Assembly (NCBI GenBank): GCA_963717135.1
Contig: CAVQVN010000006.1
Coordinates: 75,995-139,994, forward strand
Origin: an uncultured Actinomycetota bacterium
GTDB taxonomy: Bacteria > Actinomycetota > Acidimicrobiia > Spongiisociales > UBA4744
DNA length: 64,000 bases
Direction of reading: 5' to 3'
In this document: positions 21,142-31,692 of the stretch, piece after piece
How positions within the stretch are numbered: the first letter of the stretch is position 1
Layout: every line of letters starts with the position of its first letter
Position numbers and translations under genes: made by a program
The notes under the pieces: model-generated
What the model saw: only the letters and a program-made list of their open reading frames with translations
What the model was told of the DNA's origin: nothing
The model's database searches: none

Positions 21142-21902
21142 GCGACCTCCCGGACGGGAACGCCGGCAGCCGCCAGGGCGGCCTTGACGGCGCCGATCTC
21201 CAATTGAAGCCGGTGAAAGGTTGAGGCCGCCAGGACCGCATCGGCACCGCCCTCAACTACCGCATCGACGAAATGCTCGAGCCGTCCGGCGCCGCCGGAA
21301 GCGACGACCGGGACGCTGACGGAATCGCGGACGGCCCGCAACTGCGCCAGATCGAACCCCTCCTGGGTTCCATCCCGGTCCATGGAGGTCAACAGAATCT
21401 CCCCGGCCCCGCGCTCGGTTCCGGCTCGAGCCCACGAAAGCAGGTCGATACCGGTCGACTCGCGACCCCCGTTGACATAGACCTCCCACCGACCGGGGCT
21501 CGTCTGTTTGGCGTCGATGGCCAGCACGACACACTGCCGGCCGAATTGGCGAGCGCATTCGGCGAGGAGTTGGGGGCGTGAAACCGCGGCGGTGTTCACC
21601 GCCACCTTGTCGGCACCGGCCCGCAACACGGCTCGCATATCATCGACCGACCGCACCCCTCCGCCCACCGTCAACGGTACGAACACTTGCGAGGCCGTCT
21701 TCCTGATGACGTCCAGCAAGGTAGCCCGACCTTCCGGTGAGGCGCCGATGTCCAGGTAGACGATTTCATCCGCGCCTTCCGCGGCGTACCGGGCGGCCAG
21801 GACGACCGGATCCCCCTCATCGACCAAACCGACAAACCGGGTACCTTTGACCACCCGGCCTTCCAGCACGTCCAGGCAGGCGATCACCCGGCTACGCAGC
21901 AT
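21138..21902 (-). CDS. hisF: imidazole glycerol phosphate synthase cyclase subunit
   Basis: ORF 21138..22028 trimmed to ATG 21902 ([20 protein letters not shown], canonical HisF N-terminus). TIM-barrel. Confidence 0.9.
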   Translation of the reverse strand: MLRSRVIACLDVLEGRVVKGTRFVGLVDEGDPVVLAARYAAEGADEIVYLDIGASPEGRATLLDVIRKTASQVFVPLTVGGGVRSVDDMRAVLRAGADKVAVNTAAVSRPQLLAECARQFGRQCVVLAIDAKQTSPGRWEVYVNGGRESTGIDLLSWARAGTERGAGEILLTSMDRDGTQEGFDLAQLRAVRDSVSVPVVASGGAGRLEHFVDAVVEGGADAVLAASTFHRLQLEIGAVKAALAAAGVPVREVA

Positions 21903-22509
21903 CGGCAGCTTCCCGACAAGTAGCAACGAAGTTGGACAGAAGTCGAGCCCCGTTGTGACCACTCCGCTCGGGATGGAACTGGACACCCACCCGGTTGCCC
22001 TGCCGGACCAGGGCCGCAAAAGGCACACCGTATTCGGCCACGGCGACCACTACCGCCGGATCCGACGGCACGGGTGCGAAGCTGTGTACGAAATAGAACG
22101 TGGGCCGGTCCTCGAGTCCTGCCAGAAGCGGGTCCGGGCGGAGCACCTGCAGGTCGTTCCATCCGATGTGCGGCAGGCGGGGGGCACCCTCGAGACGTTT
22201 GACCCGACCACCCATCAACCCCAGACAGCTGGTCTCGTCCTCTTCGGCGGTTTCGAAAAAGAGCTGGAGACCAACGCAGATCCCGAGCAGAGGAACGTCG
22301 AGTTCGATGAGCGGTGGGGGAAACCCGGCACCCGCCAACCGCTGCATGGCGGCTCCACTGGAACCAACGCCCGGAAGGATCACTCCGTCCGCCCCGGCAA
22401 GATCGGCCGGGCGGTCTACGACCCGGGCGGCGGCGCCGGTACGGGCTAGTGCCTCAGCGATCGAGACGAGGTTGCCGGCACCGTGGTCGATGATCGCCAG
22501 GGTGGTCAC
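21892..22509 (-). CDS. hisH: imidazole glycerol phosphate synthase glutamine amidotransferase subunit
   Basis: 205-aa class-I GATase ([11 protein letters not shown], catalytic GICVGLQ Cys). Confidence 0.9.
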   Translation of the reverse strand: MTTLAIIDHGAGNLVSIAEALARTGAAARVVDRPADLAGADGVILPGVGSSGAAMQRLAGAGFPPPLIELDVPLLGICVGLQLFFETAEEDETSCLGLMGGRVKRLEGAPRLPHIGWNDLQVLRPDPLLAGLEDRPTFYFVHSFAPVPSDPAVVVAVAEYGVPFAALVRQGNRVGVQFHPERSGHNGARLLSNFVATCREAADAA

Positions 22510-23090
22510 GAGGTCCCCTTGGTGGAAGCTATCCCGACCCGGCGAGGATCGTGCTCTACAGCCCGGCGGAGGGCCCGGGCGAGAGCTTTGAAGGCGGCCT
22601 CGGCGAGGTGATGATCGTTGAACCCGGAGGCGCTGACATGCAAAGTGATTCCCGCCGAGCGGGTGAAAGCCTCCAGGGCATGGGGGATGTTCTGGGTGGT
22701 CAGATTGCCGATCCGTTCGGTCCGAAAAGCCAGATTCACGACCGAGTAAGGGCGCCCGCCGACATCGACCGCCACCACCGCCAGGGCCTCGTCCATGGGC
22801 ACCTGAGCCTCACCGAACCGGGAGATGCCGGTTCGGTCGCCCAGCGCTTCGGCCAGTGCCGCACCCAACACCAACATGGTGTCTTCAACCGTGTGGTGGT
22901 CGTCCACCTCCAGATCCCCTTTGGTACGCAGTTCGAGATCGAACAGCGCGTGGTGGGCGAGAGAAGTGAGGAGGTGATCGAAAAAGCCGACGCCGGTGTC
23001 GATGGATGCCAGACCTGTTCCGTCCAGCTCGAGGCGCACGTCGACCTCGGTCTCTCGGGTGGCCCGGGTGAGTGATGCGAACCTCGTCAT
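22506..23090 (-). CDS. hisB: imidazoleglycerol-phosphate dehydratase
   Basis: 194-aa ORF with IGPD His-rich motifs (DHHTVED, HHLAEA). Confidence 0.9.
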   Translation of the reverse strand: MTRFASLTRATRETEVDVRLELDGTGLASIDTGVGFFDHLLTSLAHHALFDLELRTKGDLEVDDHHTVEDTMLVLGAALAEALGDRTGISRFGEAQVPMDEALAVVAVDVGGRPYSVVNLAFRTERIGNLTTQNIPHALEAFTRSAGITLHVSASGFNDHHLAEAAFKALARALRRAVEHDPRRVGIASTKGTS

Positions 23091-24394
23091 CCGATCGGCT
23101 CCGTGAAACGTAGCTCGGCGGCCATTCGATGAGCTGTGAAACCTTCGGCATCCGCCAGCGCCGCAATCGTCGGAAGCAGACTGCTCAGACCTGTCTCCGT
23201 GAGGTTCTGCACCTGTCGCCAGGATCCGAAATCCTCAACCGAAAGGGGTCCGGCGGCCCGGGCCAGGCCACCGGTGGGCAACACATGATTGGCGCCGGTC
23301 GCGTAGTCACCGGCCGATTCCGGAGACCAGCGACCGACGTACACGGAACCGGCCGCGTAGATCTCTTCGGCGTCGGCCTGCGGATCGGCGGTCAGGATCG
23401 TTACGTGCTCGGCCGCGTATTCGTTGGCGAAATCGAAGGCCGAAGACCGATCGGTCGCCACGACGGCCAACCCGTGGGCAGCGAGCGCTTTGGCCAGGAT
23501 CTCACGCCGGTCGAGGTGCGGCAACAGCTCGGCCAGGGAGCTTTCCACCCTCGGCGGCAGGGTTGGGTCGGTGGTGACCAGCACCGCCGGGGAGTCGGGC
23601 CCGTGTTCGGCTTGACACAGCAGATCGATGGCCACCAGCCGCGGATCCGCTGTTTGGTCGGCCAGTACGAGTACCTCGGAAGGCCCGGCCGGCAAGTCGA
23701 TCGCGCAGTCTCCCAGCACGGCCAGCTTGGCAGCGGTCACCCACGCATTGCCCGGTCCGACGATCTTGTCGACCGGAGCCACCGTCTCGGTGCCGTAGGC
23801 GAGCGCGGCGATCGCCTGGGCACCACCCATCGCATATAGCTCGTCGATGTCGAGCATGGCAGCCGCCACCAAGAGGGCGGGTTGCAGTGATCCGTCGGGA
23901 CCTGCCGGGGTAGCAACCGCCACCTCCGGGACCCCTGCCACTCGAGCGGGAACCACGCTCATGATCAACGATGATGGGTAGGCGCCCTTTCCACCCGGCA
24001 CGTAGGCTCCGACCCGCCGCAGCGGCCGCCACACGCGACGGATCTCCACCCCGGCCTGGGTCTCGACCGTCATCGAATCGGGAAGCTGGGCGCGATGGAA
24101 AGCGGCCACGTTGGAGATGGCATGTTCGATCGCCCGGATCAACCGGGGAGATGCCGCGGATCGGGCGGCCGTGAGTTCCGAAGCCGGCACGGCGAGACCG
24201 GCGGAACGTCCGCCACCGAACCGGCGGTTGGCGTCGGCCACCGCCGAGTCGCCACCGTGACGGACTGATTCGCAAACCTCGGCGGCGCCGCTCCGGACGG
24301 TCGGATCCGGAACGGCCCGGCGCCGGACGAGGGCCCGCCGCTCCCGCGGACCGAGCCCGGCCAGCTCGACGAGTCGCAACCTCGGCGTGGTCAT
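23087..24394 (-). CDS. hisD: histidinol dehydrogenase
   Basis: 435-aa ORF. HisD motifs ([18 protein letters not shown]). ATGA overlaps with hisG and hisB. Confidence 0.9.
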   Translation of the reverse strand: MTTPRLRLVELAGLGPRERRALVRRRAVPDPTVRSGAAEVCESVRHGGDSAVADANRRFGGGRSAGLAVPASELTAARSAASPRLIRAIEHAISNVAAFHRAQLPDSMTVETQAGVEIRRVWRPLRRVGAYVPGGKGAYPSSLIMSVVPARVAGVPEVAVATPAGPDGSLQPALLVAAAMLDIDELYAMGGAQAIAALAYGTETVAPVDKIVGPGNAWVTAAKLAVLGDCAIDLPAGPSEVLVLADQTADPRLVAIDLLCQAEHGPDSPAVLVTTDPTLPPRVESSLAELLPHLDRREILAKALAAHGLAVVATDRSSAFDFANEYAAEHVTILTADPQADAEEIYAAGSVYVGRWSPESAGDYATGANHVLPTGGLARAAGPLSVEDFGSWRQVQNLTETGLSSLLPTIAALADAEGFTAHRMAAELRFTEPIG

Positions 24395-25239
24395 GGAATC
24401 AACTGCTCGATCCGCAGCACCAGGATGTCCCGGGCGCCGGCCGCCTGCAATTCGGGGAGCAGGTTCCAGACATCGTCGGCCTTCACTACGGAATGCACCG
24501 CAACCATGCCATCCTCGGCCAGCGGCACCACGGTGGGACTCTCCAGACCCGGAATCAACTTCCCGATTCGCGAGATCGACTCCGAAGCCGCGTTGAGCAC
24601 CAGATAACGTTGCTGGCGGCCGGCCACCACCGCCTGAAGAGCCGTCGCCACCCTCTTGAGTTCGGTCGGGCGCTCCCGCAGCGCCACCGGGTCGGCAATC
24701 AGCACCGCCTGGGACTCGAGGATCGTGCCGACCCGGCGCAGACCGTTGACCATGAGGGTGCTGCCGGTGGACACCAAGTCGACGATGGCGTCTGCCACCC
24801 CCAGCTTGGGCGCCACCTCAACCGAACCGTGGAGCGGAATAACCGTCACCTCCACCTCACGCTCCGCAAAAAAGGAGGCGGTGAGGTGGGGATGCGCGGT
24901 GGCGATACTGAATCCGGCAAAATCCTCTGCATGGTCCGCTGCCAAATCTTTGGGGACTGCCGCCACCAACTCGCACCGCCCGTACCCCAGTTCGGCCAGG
25001 ACGGGCAGGTCGATACCGCTCTCGGCTAGAGCGTCCCGACCCGTGATGCCCAGATCCGCCGTGGAATCCCCTACCAGCTCGACTATGTCCTCGGTTCGTA
25101 CGAAGAGAAGATCCAGGTCGACGTTCCGCACCCGCACCGACAACGCCCGATCGGTCGGCTCGAACACGAGCCCGGCATCCCGCAGCAGGGCCAGGGTCGG
25201 CTCCTGCAACCGTCCCTTGTTAGGGATGGCGAATCGCAT
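24391..25239 (-). CDS. hisG: ATP phosphoribosyltransferase (long form)
   Basis: ORF 24391..25413 trimmed to ATG 25239 (MRFAIPNKGRL) preceded by GGAGGAAGG. 283 aa with C-terminal regulatory domain. Confidence 0.88.
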   Translation of the reverse strand: MRFAIPNKGRLQEPTLALLRDAGLVFEPTDRALSVRVRNVDLDLLFVRTEDIVELVGDSTADLGITGRDALAESGIDLPVLAELGYGRCELVAAVPKDLAADHAEDFAGFSIATAHPHLTASFFAEREVEVTVIPLHGSVEVAPKLGVADAIVDLVSTGSTLMVNGLRRVGTILESQAVLIADPVALRERPTELKRVATALQAVVAGRQQRYLVLNAASESISRIGKLIPGLESPTVVPLAEDGMVAVHSVVKADDVWNLLPELQAAGARDILVLRIEQLIP

Positions 25240-25247
25240 GGTGCGGC

Positions 25248-25556
25248 TCACGAACCTTCCTCCTTCGCCAATCGGTCCAGAGCCAGCCGGTAGCCGCCCA
25301 TGCCGTGCCGGAGCCACTGGTTGATGCGCGTCACGGTCGCGGTCGAGGCTCCGGTCAGTTCGGCAATCTCCCGGTAAGAAAGGCCCTGATCGAGCAATCG
25401 CACCACCGCCCACCGGTGGCTGAATTCCTCCAGCTCTCGCCGCGTGCAGAGATCACGCAAGAAGGCGGCGGCTTCGTCGGTGGTCGTCAGTCTGAGCACT
25501 GCTTCCAGCAGTGAGTCGAGCTCCCCGGTTCGCCAGTCGTCGGTTTCTACCGTCAC
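25248..25556 (-). CDS. TrpR-like / YerC-YecD family DNA-binding protein, first gene of the his operon
   Basis: 102-aa ORF. HTH region SYREIAELTGASTATVTRINQ typical of Trp-repressor fold (YerC/YecD) proteins. Stop 8 nt before hisG start. Confidence 0.7.
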   Translation of the reverse strand: MTVETDDWRTGELDSLLEAVLRLTTTDEAAAFLRDLCTRRELEEFSHRWAVVRLLDQGLSYREIAELTGASTATVTRINQWLRHGMGGYRLALDRLAKEEGS

Positions 25557-25579
25557 ACCATCACCAACCTGTGTACTAT

Positions 25580-25599
25580 TGTTTTAGCATGCTAACACA
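25580..25599. promoter_or_regulatory. 20-bp near-perfect palindrome TGTTTTAGCATGCTAACACA (core TTAGCATGCTAA) in divergent promoter region
   Basis: Read directly. 12-bp perfect core 25584..25595. Located in the locally AT-rich 84-nt gap between the TrpR-like gene (minus) and hisA (plus). Confidence 0.6.
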
Positions 25600-25640
25600 G
25601 TAACTGCGGAAGGGTATGTAGTGCGAAAAGAAGATCCGGA

Positions 25641-26468
25641 ATGCAGGTGATCCCGGCGGTCGACGTGCTGGACGGCCGGGTCGTGCGACTTCAAGAGGGT
25701 GACTTCGAGCGCCGAAGCTCCTACGGAGACGATCCGGTGGTCATGGCCCGGCACTGGGTTGCGGAAGGCGCAGACCTGCTCCATGTTGTCGATCTCAATG
25801 GAGCACGCACCGGACGACCCGATCCCTTTCTCTGGAGGAGCCTGGCCACCGCCCGGATTCCCTTCCAGATCGGAGGCGGCATCCGAACCCTGGCATCTGC
25901 CCGGGCCGCCGTGACGGCCGGCGCCCAACGGGTCGTACTGGGATCGGCCGCCGTCTGGCAGCCACAGCTGGTCGGCGAGATCATCGACGCCCTCGGGCCA
26001 CGTCGCGTCGTGGCGGCCGTCGATGTGCGGGCCGGCCGCGCCCTCGGGGACGCCTGGATGGATGAAGGGCTGGAATTGGCACGGGTCCTCGCCCGGCTCG
26101 TCGCGAGCGGCGTGCAGAACGTCCTGGCCACGTCGGTGAGCCGAGATGGAATGATGCAAGGCCCCGATCAGGACCTCCTCGATCAGATCCGCCGCCGGGC
26201 GCCGTCGGTGGCCGTGATCGCTTCCGGAGGGGTGGGCTCGCTCGACGATCTGCGAGCGCTGACCCTCACCGGGGTGGGAGCGGTAATCGTGGGCCGGGCC
26301 CTCTATGAAAACCGGTTCACCTACCAGGACGCGGTCACCATCGCCACCCGAAGACTGCCCGACCCGCCCCCGACCACCGGGCCCGCCCCGAAGATCGTTG
26401 GAGCGAGCAAGCCGGGCGATCCGGACGGCGGCAACGCGCCGGTGGGCCGTTCGGTCCGGGGTGAATGA
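25641..26468 (+). CDS. hisA: 1-(5-phosphoribosyl)-5-[(5-phosphoribosylamino)methylideneamino]imidazole-4-carboxamide isomerase (HisA/PriA-type)
   Basis: 275-aa TIM-barrel ORF (MQVIPAVDVLDGRVVRL..., SGGVGSLDDL). Confidence 0.88.
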   Translation: MQVIPAVDVLDGRVVRLQEGDFERRSSYGDDPVVMARHWVAEGADLLHVVDLNGARTGRPDPFLWRSLATARIPFQIGGGIRTLASARAAVTAGAQRVVLGSAAVWQPQLVGEIIDALGPRRVVAAVDVRAGRALGDAWMDEGLELARVLARLVASGVQNVLATSVSRDGMMQGPDQDLLDQIRRRAPSVAVIASGGVGSLDDLRALTLTGVGAVIVGRALYENRFTYQDAVTIATRRLPDPPPTTGPAPKIVGASKPGDPDGGNAPVGRSVRGE

Positions 26469-27266
26469 ATGCAGTCAAAAGTGCCGATGGACATGGATTC
26501 TTTGCAGGAGTTTTCGGTCCAATTGGCTCGCGAGTCGGGAGAGTTGATCACCCGGTATTTCCGGCAACCGGATCTGGTGGTCGACGCCAAGGCTGATAGT
26601 TCACCGGTCACCGCGGCGGATCGCGAGGCCGAGGAGTTGCTGCGTAGACGCATCCGCGCCCGTTTTCCCGAGCATGGGATCTTCGGCGAGGAATTCGGAA
26701 CCGAACGGGGGGACGCCGAATACGTCTGGGTCCTCGACCCCATCGATGGGACGATCTCCTTTGTGGCCGGCGTACCGCTCTTCGGCACCTTGATCGGCTT
26801 GATGCAGGGCGGCCGGCCGATTCTCGGGGTGATCCATCAACCGATCACGAAAGAACTCCTGGTCGGCACCGCTTCTCGTACCACCCTCAACGGCCGCCCC
26901 GTTCGAGTGAGAGAAACGAACTCGCTGGAGGCGGCGACCCTGCTCACCACCGACCCCGGGCTCATCGAGCGATACAAGAGTCTCGACCGCTTCGAGGTGC
27001 TGCGGAGCCGCACCGGGCAGTATCGAGGCTGGGGCGACTGCTATGGCTACCTCCTGGTGGCGACCGCCCGGGCAGACATCATGATTGATCCGATCATGAA
27101 CCCGTGGGATCTCATCCCGCTGGTTCCGGTGATTCAAGGCGCCGGTGGGGTGATCACAACCTGGGAAGGCAACGACCCGGTCCACGGGAACTCGGCCGTG
27201 GCGTCGACACCGGCCCTTCACCAGCAGGTGCTCGAGATCCTGAACCACCCACCCGATCGCTCCTAG
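26469..27266 (+). CDS. hisN: inositol-monophosphatase-family histidinol-phosphate phosphatase
   Basis: 265-aa ORF. IMPase motifs WVLDPIDGT and WDxxAG-like region. Start abuts hisA stop (TGAATG). Actinobacterial HisN is of this family. Confidence 0.8.
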   Translation: MQSKVPMDMDSLQEFSVQLARESGELITRYFRQPDLVVDAKADSSPVTAADREAEELLRRRIRARFPEHGIFGEEFGTERGDAEYVWVLDPIDGTISFVAGVPLFGTLIGLMQGGRPILGVIHQPITKELLVGTASRTTLNGRPVRVRETNSLEAATLLTTDPGLIERYKSLDRFEVLRSRTGQYRGWGDCYGYLLVATARADIMIDPIMNPWDLIPLVPVIQGAGGVITTWEGNDPVHGNSAVASTPALHQQVLEILNHPPDRS

Positions 27267-27361
27267 TCCGGCGATCCACCTCCACCCGCTTGCCTGTCCC
27301 GGGTCCCGCGGCTCCGGTCCCGGTCGACTGAGCCGTTGGAACCTCCCCTGGCAGGCGCACC

Positions 27362-28126
27362 GTGGGGGTATCGTTGAGAAGAGCCCACCAGCGAGGTCAA
27401 ATGAGTCGCCGGTCCACGCCCGTGCTCGCCTGGCAGGAGGATGAAGGAGGCGAGAGCGCCGGGCCGTACACCATTCGATTAGAGGCACCTCGACGTTGGC
27501 AACTTCTCGTCAAGGGGCGGTCGGTCGGATTTCACGAAACCAAGACCGCGGCCCGACAAGCAGCGACGGAATTGAACCGACGACACGGCGTCAAGCGACA
27601 GCTGGTTGGCTATCTCGTGGTTGCCGGCGTCTCCCTGGCCGGCCTCGGGACGGCCCTGGTCGCACGCACCGAACCCAACCCCCAGTACCCGCCCGCCCGG
27701 GCCATCGCCGATCGCTTCGACCAAGCCAGGCTGGCGGTCGAGGAGGGTCGGGTGACCATCGATCAGGTCGATCAGATGTTTGATGGTATTGAGGGTGGCT
27801 CCTTCGAGCATGGTGGCCGTGTCAAGCTTGGACTCACCGGGGTCTTTGATGGCGCCTGTTACGCCATGACCTGGCGATCCGGTTATCCGCTGGGCGGCGT
27901 GGTGGTCCGCAGCAACTACCTCACCTGTCAACCCGATCCGAGCCTCATCGATCAACCCGACCCTCCGGGACTGGTGGCGGAGCCTGTACGGCCCTCCTGG
28001 AAGTATGCCCTCCCCGATCCGGTCCAGACCCGGGTGTGGTTCATTCCGGTGGTCGCCATCTTCTTCGGGTTGTTCCTGGCAACGGCCCTTCGCGCCATAG
28101 GCCTGCTGTTTGCCCTAAGAAGATGA
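27362..28126 (+). CDS. hypothetical membrane-anchored protein
   Basis: 254-aa ORF with one central and one C-terminal hydrophobic helix. No recognisable domain. Start uncertain. Confidence 0.5.
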   Translation: MGVSLRRAHQRGQMSRRSTPVLAWQEDEGGESAGPYTIRLEAPRRWQLLVKGRSVGFHETKTAARQAATELNRRHGVKRQLVGYLVVAGVSLAGLGTALVARTEPNPQYPPARAIADRFDQARLAVEEGRVTIDQVDQMFDGIEGGSFEHGGRVKLGLTGVFDGACYAMTWRSGYPLGGVVVRSNYLTCQPDPSLIDQPDPPGLVAEPVRPSWKYALPDPVQTRVWFIPVVAIFFGLFLATALRAIGLLFALRR

Positions 28127-28231
28127 CCCGCACCACGCGGCCACCCACAGGAGCTACCGGTTCTGTGGGATGATCATCGCCGCCGATCCAGATTTCGGGG
28201 AGCCGGCGCAGGCGACAAGGGACGCATCGGA

Positions 28232-31200
28232 ATGACCAAACATGGCGCGGAGGGCCGGTTCGAAACCAGCAGCGGAGACGAGGCGTACCGCATCTCCAAT
28301 TACGATCGGCTGCCGCCTTTCTTGATGAGCGTCGTTTCTGATTCCAACCACTGGATGTACCTGTCGAGCGGCGGCGGAATCACCGCCGGACGGGTCGACG
28401 AGGAGAACTGCCTGTTCCCGTACGAGACGGACGACCGTCTCCACGTCGCCTATGGTGTTACCGGTCCCGTCACCATCGTCCGGGCCCATACCAAGGCCAA
28501 CGGGATGACGATCTGGCGTCCGTTCGATCCCCACCGAAGTGGCGACCGGTTCGAACGCCATCTCTACAAGAGCGTGGTGGGGAATTGGGTGGAGTTCGAA
28601 GAGATCGATCACGAGTTGGGATTGATCTTTGGATACCGGTGGTCGACCAGCGACCGTTTCGGCTTCATCCGCTCAGCCAGATTGCGACGAGATAGCAAGT
28701 CGCCGGTGCGCTCGGCTCAAGTGCTGGATGGCTTGCTCAACGTCATGCCGCCGGGAGTGCCACTTTTGTCTCAGCAAACCTCCAGCACTCTGGTCGACGC
28801 GTACAAACGATCCGAACTGGACTCCTCCACCGGCATGGGGTTCTTCACCCTCGAAGCCCGTATAACGGATCGGGCGGAAGCTGCCGAGTCGTTGCGCACC
28901 AACGTCGTCTGGTCTCCGGAGTTCGACGAGTCGGTCGTGCTCCTGGATGCCGGACCGGTGGGTCGTTTCCAGGAAACGGGCACAGTGGAAAGCCGGCATA
29001 TCCGGGTCGGACGCCGGGGCGCCTACTTGATGGCATTCGATCTGGAATTCGAAGACGAGGGCCCGGCCCGGTGGGACCTGATCGCCGACGTCGGACTTGG
29101 ACACCGCCAAGCACAGCAACTACGTGCCCTGATCCTGAACCGCTCCGACCTCCAGCCCCTCATCCAAGCCGACGTTCAGGCCGGAGCTGCCCACCTCCGC
29201 ACCATTATCGCCGGCGCCGACGGCTTCCAGCACACCGCCGACCGGATGGCCGCCGCGCACCACGCCGTCAACGTGCTCTTCAACGACATGCGGGGCGGGG
29301 TCTACTCCGACAACCATTCCGTCGAAATATCCGACTTCGTGAGTTTCGTCGGCACCCGCAACCGCCGGGTCCACGAGGCCCATCGGGACTTCCTCACCAA
29401 ACTTCCACCAAAGCTCGAAATTGGCGCATTGCGGGAAGCGGCCGCCACCAGAGGCGGCGCCGACTTGCTGCGGCTGGTCTCGGAGTATCTCCCCATCTTC
29501 TTCAGCCGCCGGCACGGAGACCCCAGCCGACCCTGGAACCGTTTTTCGATTCGAGTCAAGCACCGGGATGGGTCGCGGCGCCTCGACTACGAGGGCAACT
29601 GGAGGGACATCTTCCAGAACTGGGAGGCCCTATCCCAGAGCTTCCCCGGTTTCCTCGAGAGCATCGTCGCCAAGTTCGTCAATGCCTCAACGATGGACGG
29701 CCACAATCCATACCGCCTCACCCGCCGGGGCATCGACTGGGAGATCCCCGAACCGGACAACCCATGGAGCAACATCGGCTATTGGGGTGACCACCAGATC
29801 GTGTACCTGCTTCGGTTTCTCGAGCAATTGGACCGGTACCACCCCGATGCCATCACCCGGATTCTGGACCGGCAAGTCTTCAGCTACGCCGACGTTCCCT
29901 ACCGGATTGCTCCGTTCGACCAGATTGTCGTGGATCCGAAGAACACGATCACCTTCGACACCGAGGCGGCCCGGCGGATCGACCGCCGCGTCGAAACGGT
30001 GGGTTTCGACGGCAAACTCGTGGCGAACGAATCCGGATCGGTCTTGCACGTCACCTTGGCCGAGAAGCTGCTGGTTCCTGCCCTCGCCAAACTCTCGAAT
30101 CTGGTCCTCGACGGAGGCATCTGGCTGAACACCCAGCGTCCCGAGTGGAACGACGCCAATAACGCCCTGGTCGGCAACGGGCTCTCGATGGTGACCCTCG
30201 CTTATCTACGGCGCTACCTCACCTGGTTGACCCGCCTCTTCGAGAACGAAGCACGCACCTTCCCCATCTCTACCGAAGTAGCCGGCTGGTGCCACGAGGT
30301 GTTGAGCATTCTCCAGGATCACCGCCCGATCCTGAATGAACCGGTGACCGATTCGCGCCGCCGCCGGCTGCTCGATGCGCTGGGAGGAGCATTCTCCGAT
30401 TACCGCAAGCAGGTCTACCGGGATGGATTGACGGGCCGGACCGACGTGGAGGCTCGGACGCTGGTCGAGTTGGGCACAACTGCGCAGGCCTTCCTCGATC
30501 ACAGTATCTACGCCAACCGGAGACCAGACGGTCTCTACCACTCGTACAATCTGCTGGTTCTCACAGCGGATCGGGCCGGCATCGAGCATCTCGACGAGAT
30601 GCTGGAAGGACAGGTAGCCGTGCTCAGCTCAGGGATCCTCTCCCCTCCCGAGGCGGTCGAGCTCATCGAAGGCTTGTTCGACAGCGCCCTGTATCGGCCC
30701 GATCAAAACAGCTTCATGCTGTACCCGGACCGGCGGCTTCCATCGTTTCTGGAGAAGAACCTGATACCCCCTGAAACGGTCGGCGCCAATCCCCTGCTGC
30801 AGGCCCTCGTGGAAGAAGGCGACACCTCGATAATCGAGAAAGATGCCTTGGGAAATTACCGATTCAGTCCTGATTGTGAGACGGCCGCCCGGGTCGAAGA
30901 GGCCCTCGACCGCCTGGCGGACGTCCCCCGTTGGTCGGATCTGGTCTCCGCCCATCGCGCCGACACCCTCGAGGCCTTCGAATCGGTCTTCCATCACCAT
31001 GCCTTCACCGGCCGCTCGGGTTCCATGTACAAATACGAAGGACTAGGCAGCATCTACTGGCACATGGTGGCGAAACTCCTCGTCGCCATTCAGGAGGTGT
31101 TCTTCGAGGCGGTCGACCACGATGCTGCCGGTGAGACCGTCACCCGCCTCCGGGATGCCTACTACCGGGTGCGGGACGGTCTCGGTTTCAACAAGACACC

Positions 31201-31672
31201 GGATGAGTACGGAGCCTTCCCGATGGATCCCTACTCGCATACTCCGGCCGGGGCCGGCGCTCAGCAACCGGGTATGACGGGCCAGGTCAAAGAGGAGATC
31301 ATCACCCGCATGGGCGAGCTGGGCATCCGCGTGTCGAAAGGAACCGTCCGTTTCGAGCCTCGCTTGCTCCGCCGAGAGGAGTTTCTGACCGAACCGGCCT
31401 CCTGGCAGGTTCTCGATCTGGCCGGTGGCAAGGAGACCTTGCTCCTCCGGCCCGGATCGCTCGGCTTCACCTTCTGCGGAGTCCCCATCGTGTATCGCTT
31501 GACCGGCGCCGGCCCGACTGTTTCTACTGTCGATGGGAGCGGACGGACCACGACCGCGGCCGGCACTCAGCTTGATGAGGCCACCGCCCGTCTGCTCCTC
31601 CGGCGGGCGGGCCGTATCCGCCGGATCGAGGTTGAGATCCCGGAATCTGCGCTCATCCCTCAACCGGCTTGA
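28232..31672 (+). CDS. large (1146 aa) cytoplasmic protein of unknown function; possibly (alpha/alpha)6-barrel glycoside hydrolase/phosphorylase-like
   Basis: Single uninterrupted ORF with normal codon usage and no antisense competitor. Motifs NIGYWGDHQIVYLLRF and RPEWNDANNALVGNG resemble the GYxW..RD and DWND/TWMD catalytic-region motifs of GDE/GH15/GH94-type barrels (from memory, unverified). Confidence 0.8.
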   Translation: MTKHGAEGRFETSSGDEAYRISNYDRLPPFLMSVVSDSNHWMYLSSGGGITAGRVDEENCLFPYETDDRLHVAYGVTGPVTIVRAHTKANGMTIWRPFDPHRSGDRFERHLYKSVVGNWVEFEEIDHELGLIFGYRWSTSDRFGFIRSARLRRDSKSPVRSAQVLDGLLNVMPPGVPLLSQQTSSTLVDAYKRSELDSSTGMGFFTLEARITDRAEAAESLRTNVVWSPEFDESVVLLDAGPVGRFQETGTVESRHIRVGRRGAYLMAFDLEFEDEGPARWDLIADVGLGHRQAQQLRALILNRSDLQPLIQADVQAGAAHLRTIIAGADGFQHTADRMAAAHHAVNVLFNDMRGGVYSDNHSVEISDFVSFVGTRNRRVHEAHRDFLTKLPPKLEIGALREAAATRGGADLLRLVSEYLPIFFSRRHGDPSRPWNRFSIRVKHRDGSRRLDYEGNWRDIFQNWEALSQSFPGFLESIVAKFVNASTMDGHNPYRLTRRGIDWEIPEPDNPWSNIGYWGDHQIVYLLRFLEQLDRYHPDAITRILDRQVFSYADVPYRIAPFDQIVVDPKNTITFDTEAARRIDRRVETVGFDGKLVANESGSVLHVTLAEKLLVPALAKLSNLVLDGGIWLNTQRPEWNDANNALVGNGLSMVTLAYLRRYLTWLTRLFENEARTFPISTEVAGWCHEVLSILQDHRPILNEPVTDSRRRRLLDALGGAFSDYRKQVYRDGLTGRTDVEARTLVELGTTAQAFLDHSIYANRRPDGLYHSYNLLVLTADRAGIEHLDEMLEGQVAVLSSGILSPPEAVELIEGLFDSALYRPDQNSFMLYPDRRLPSFLEKNLIPPETVGANPLLQALVEEGDTSIIEKDALGNYRFSPDCETAARVEEALDRLADVPRWSDLVSAHRADTLEAFESVFHHHAFTGRSGSMYKYEGLGSIYWHMVAKLLVAIQEVFFEAVDHDAAGETVTRLRDAYYRVRDGLGFNKTPDEYGAFPMDPYSHTPAGAGAQQPGMTGQVKEEIITRMGELGIRVSKGTVRFEPRLLRREEFLTEPASWQVLDLAGGKETLLLRPGSLGFTFCGVPIVYRLTGAGPTVSTVDGSGRTTTAAGTQLDEATARLLLRRAGRIRRIEVEIPESALIPQPA

Positions 31673-31692
31673 CGCCGGCCACCACCTCTTCC

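Noticed and set aside
25240-25413. 58-codon N-terminal extension of the hisG ORF
   Set aside because: Overlaps the TrpR-like gene. Canonical HisG N-terminus MRFAIPNKGRL with GGAGGAAGG RBS at 25239.
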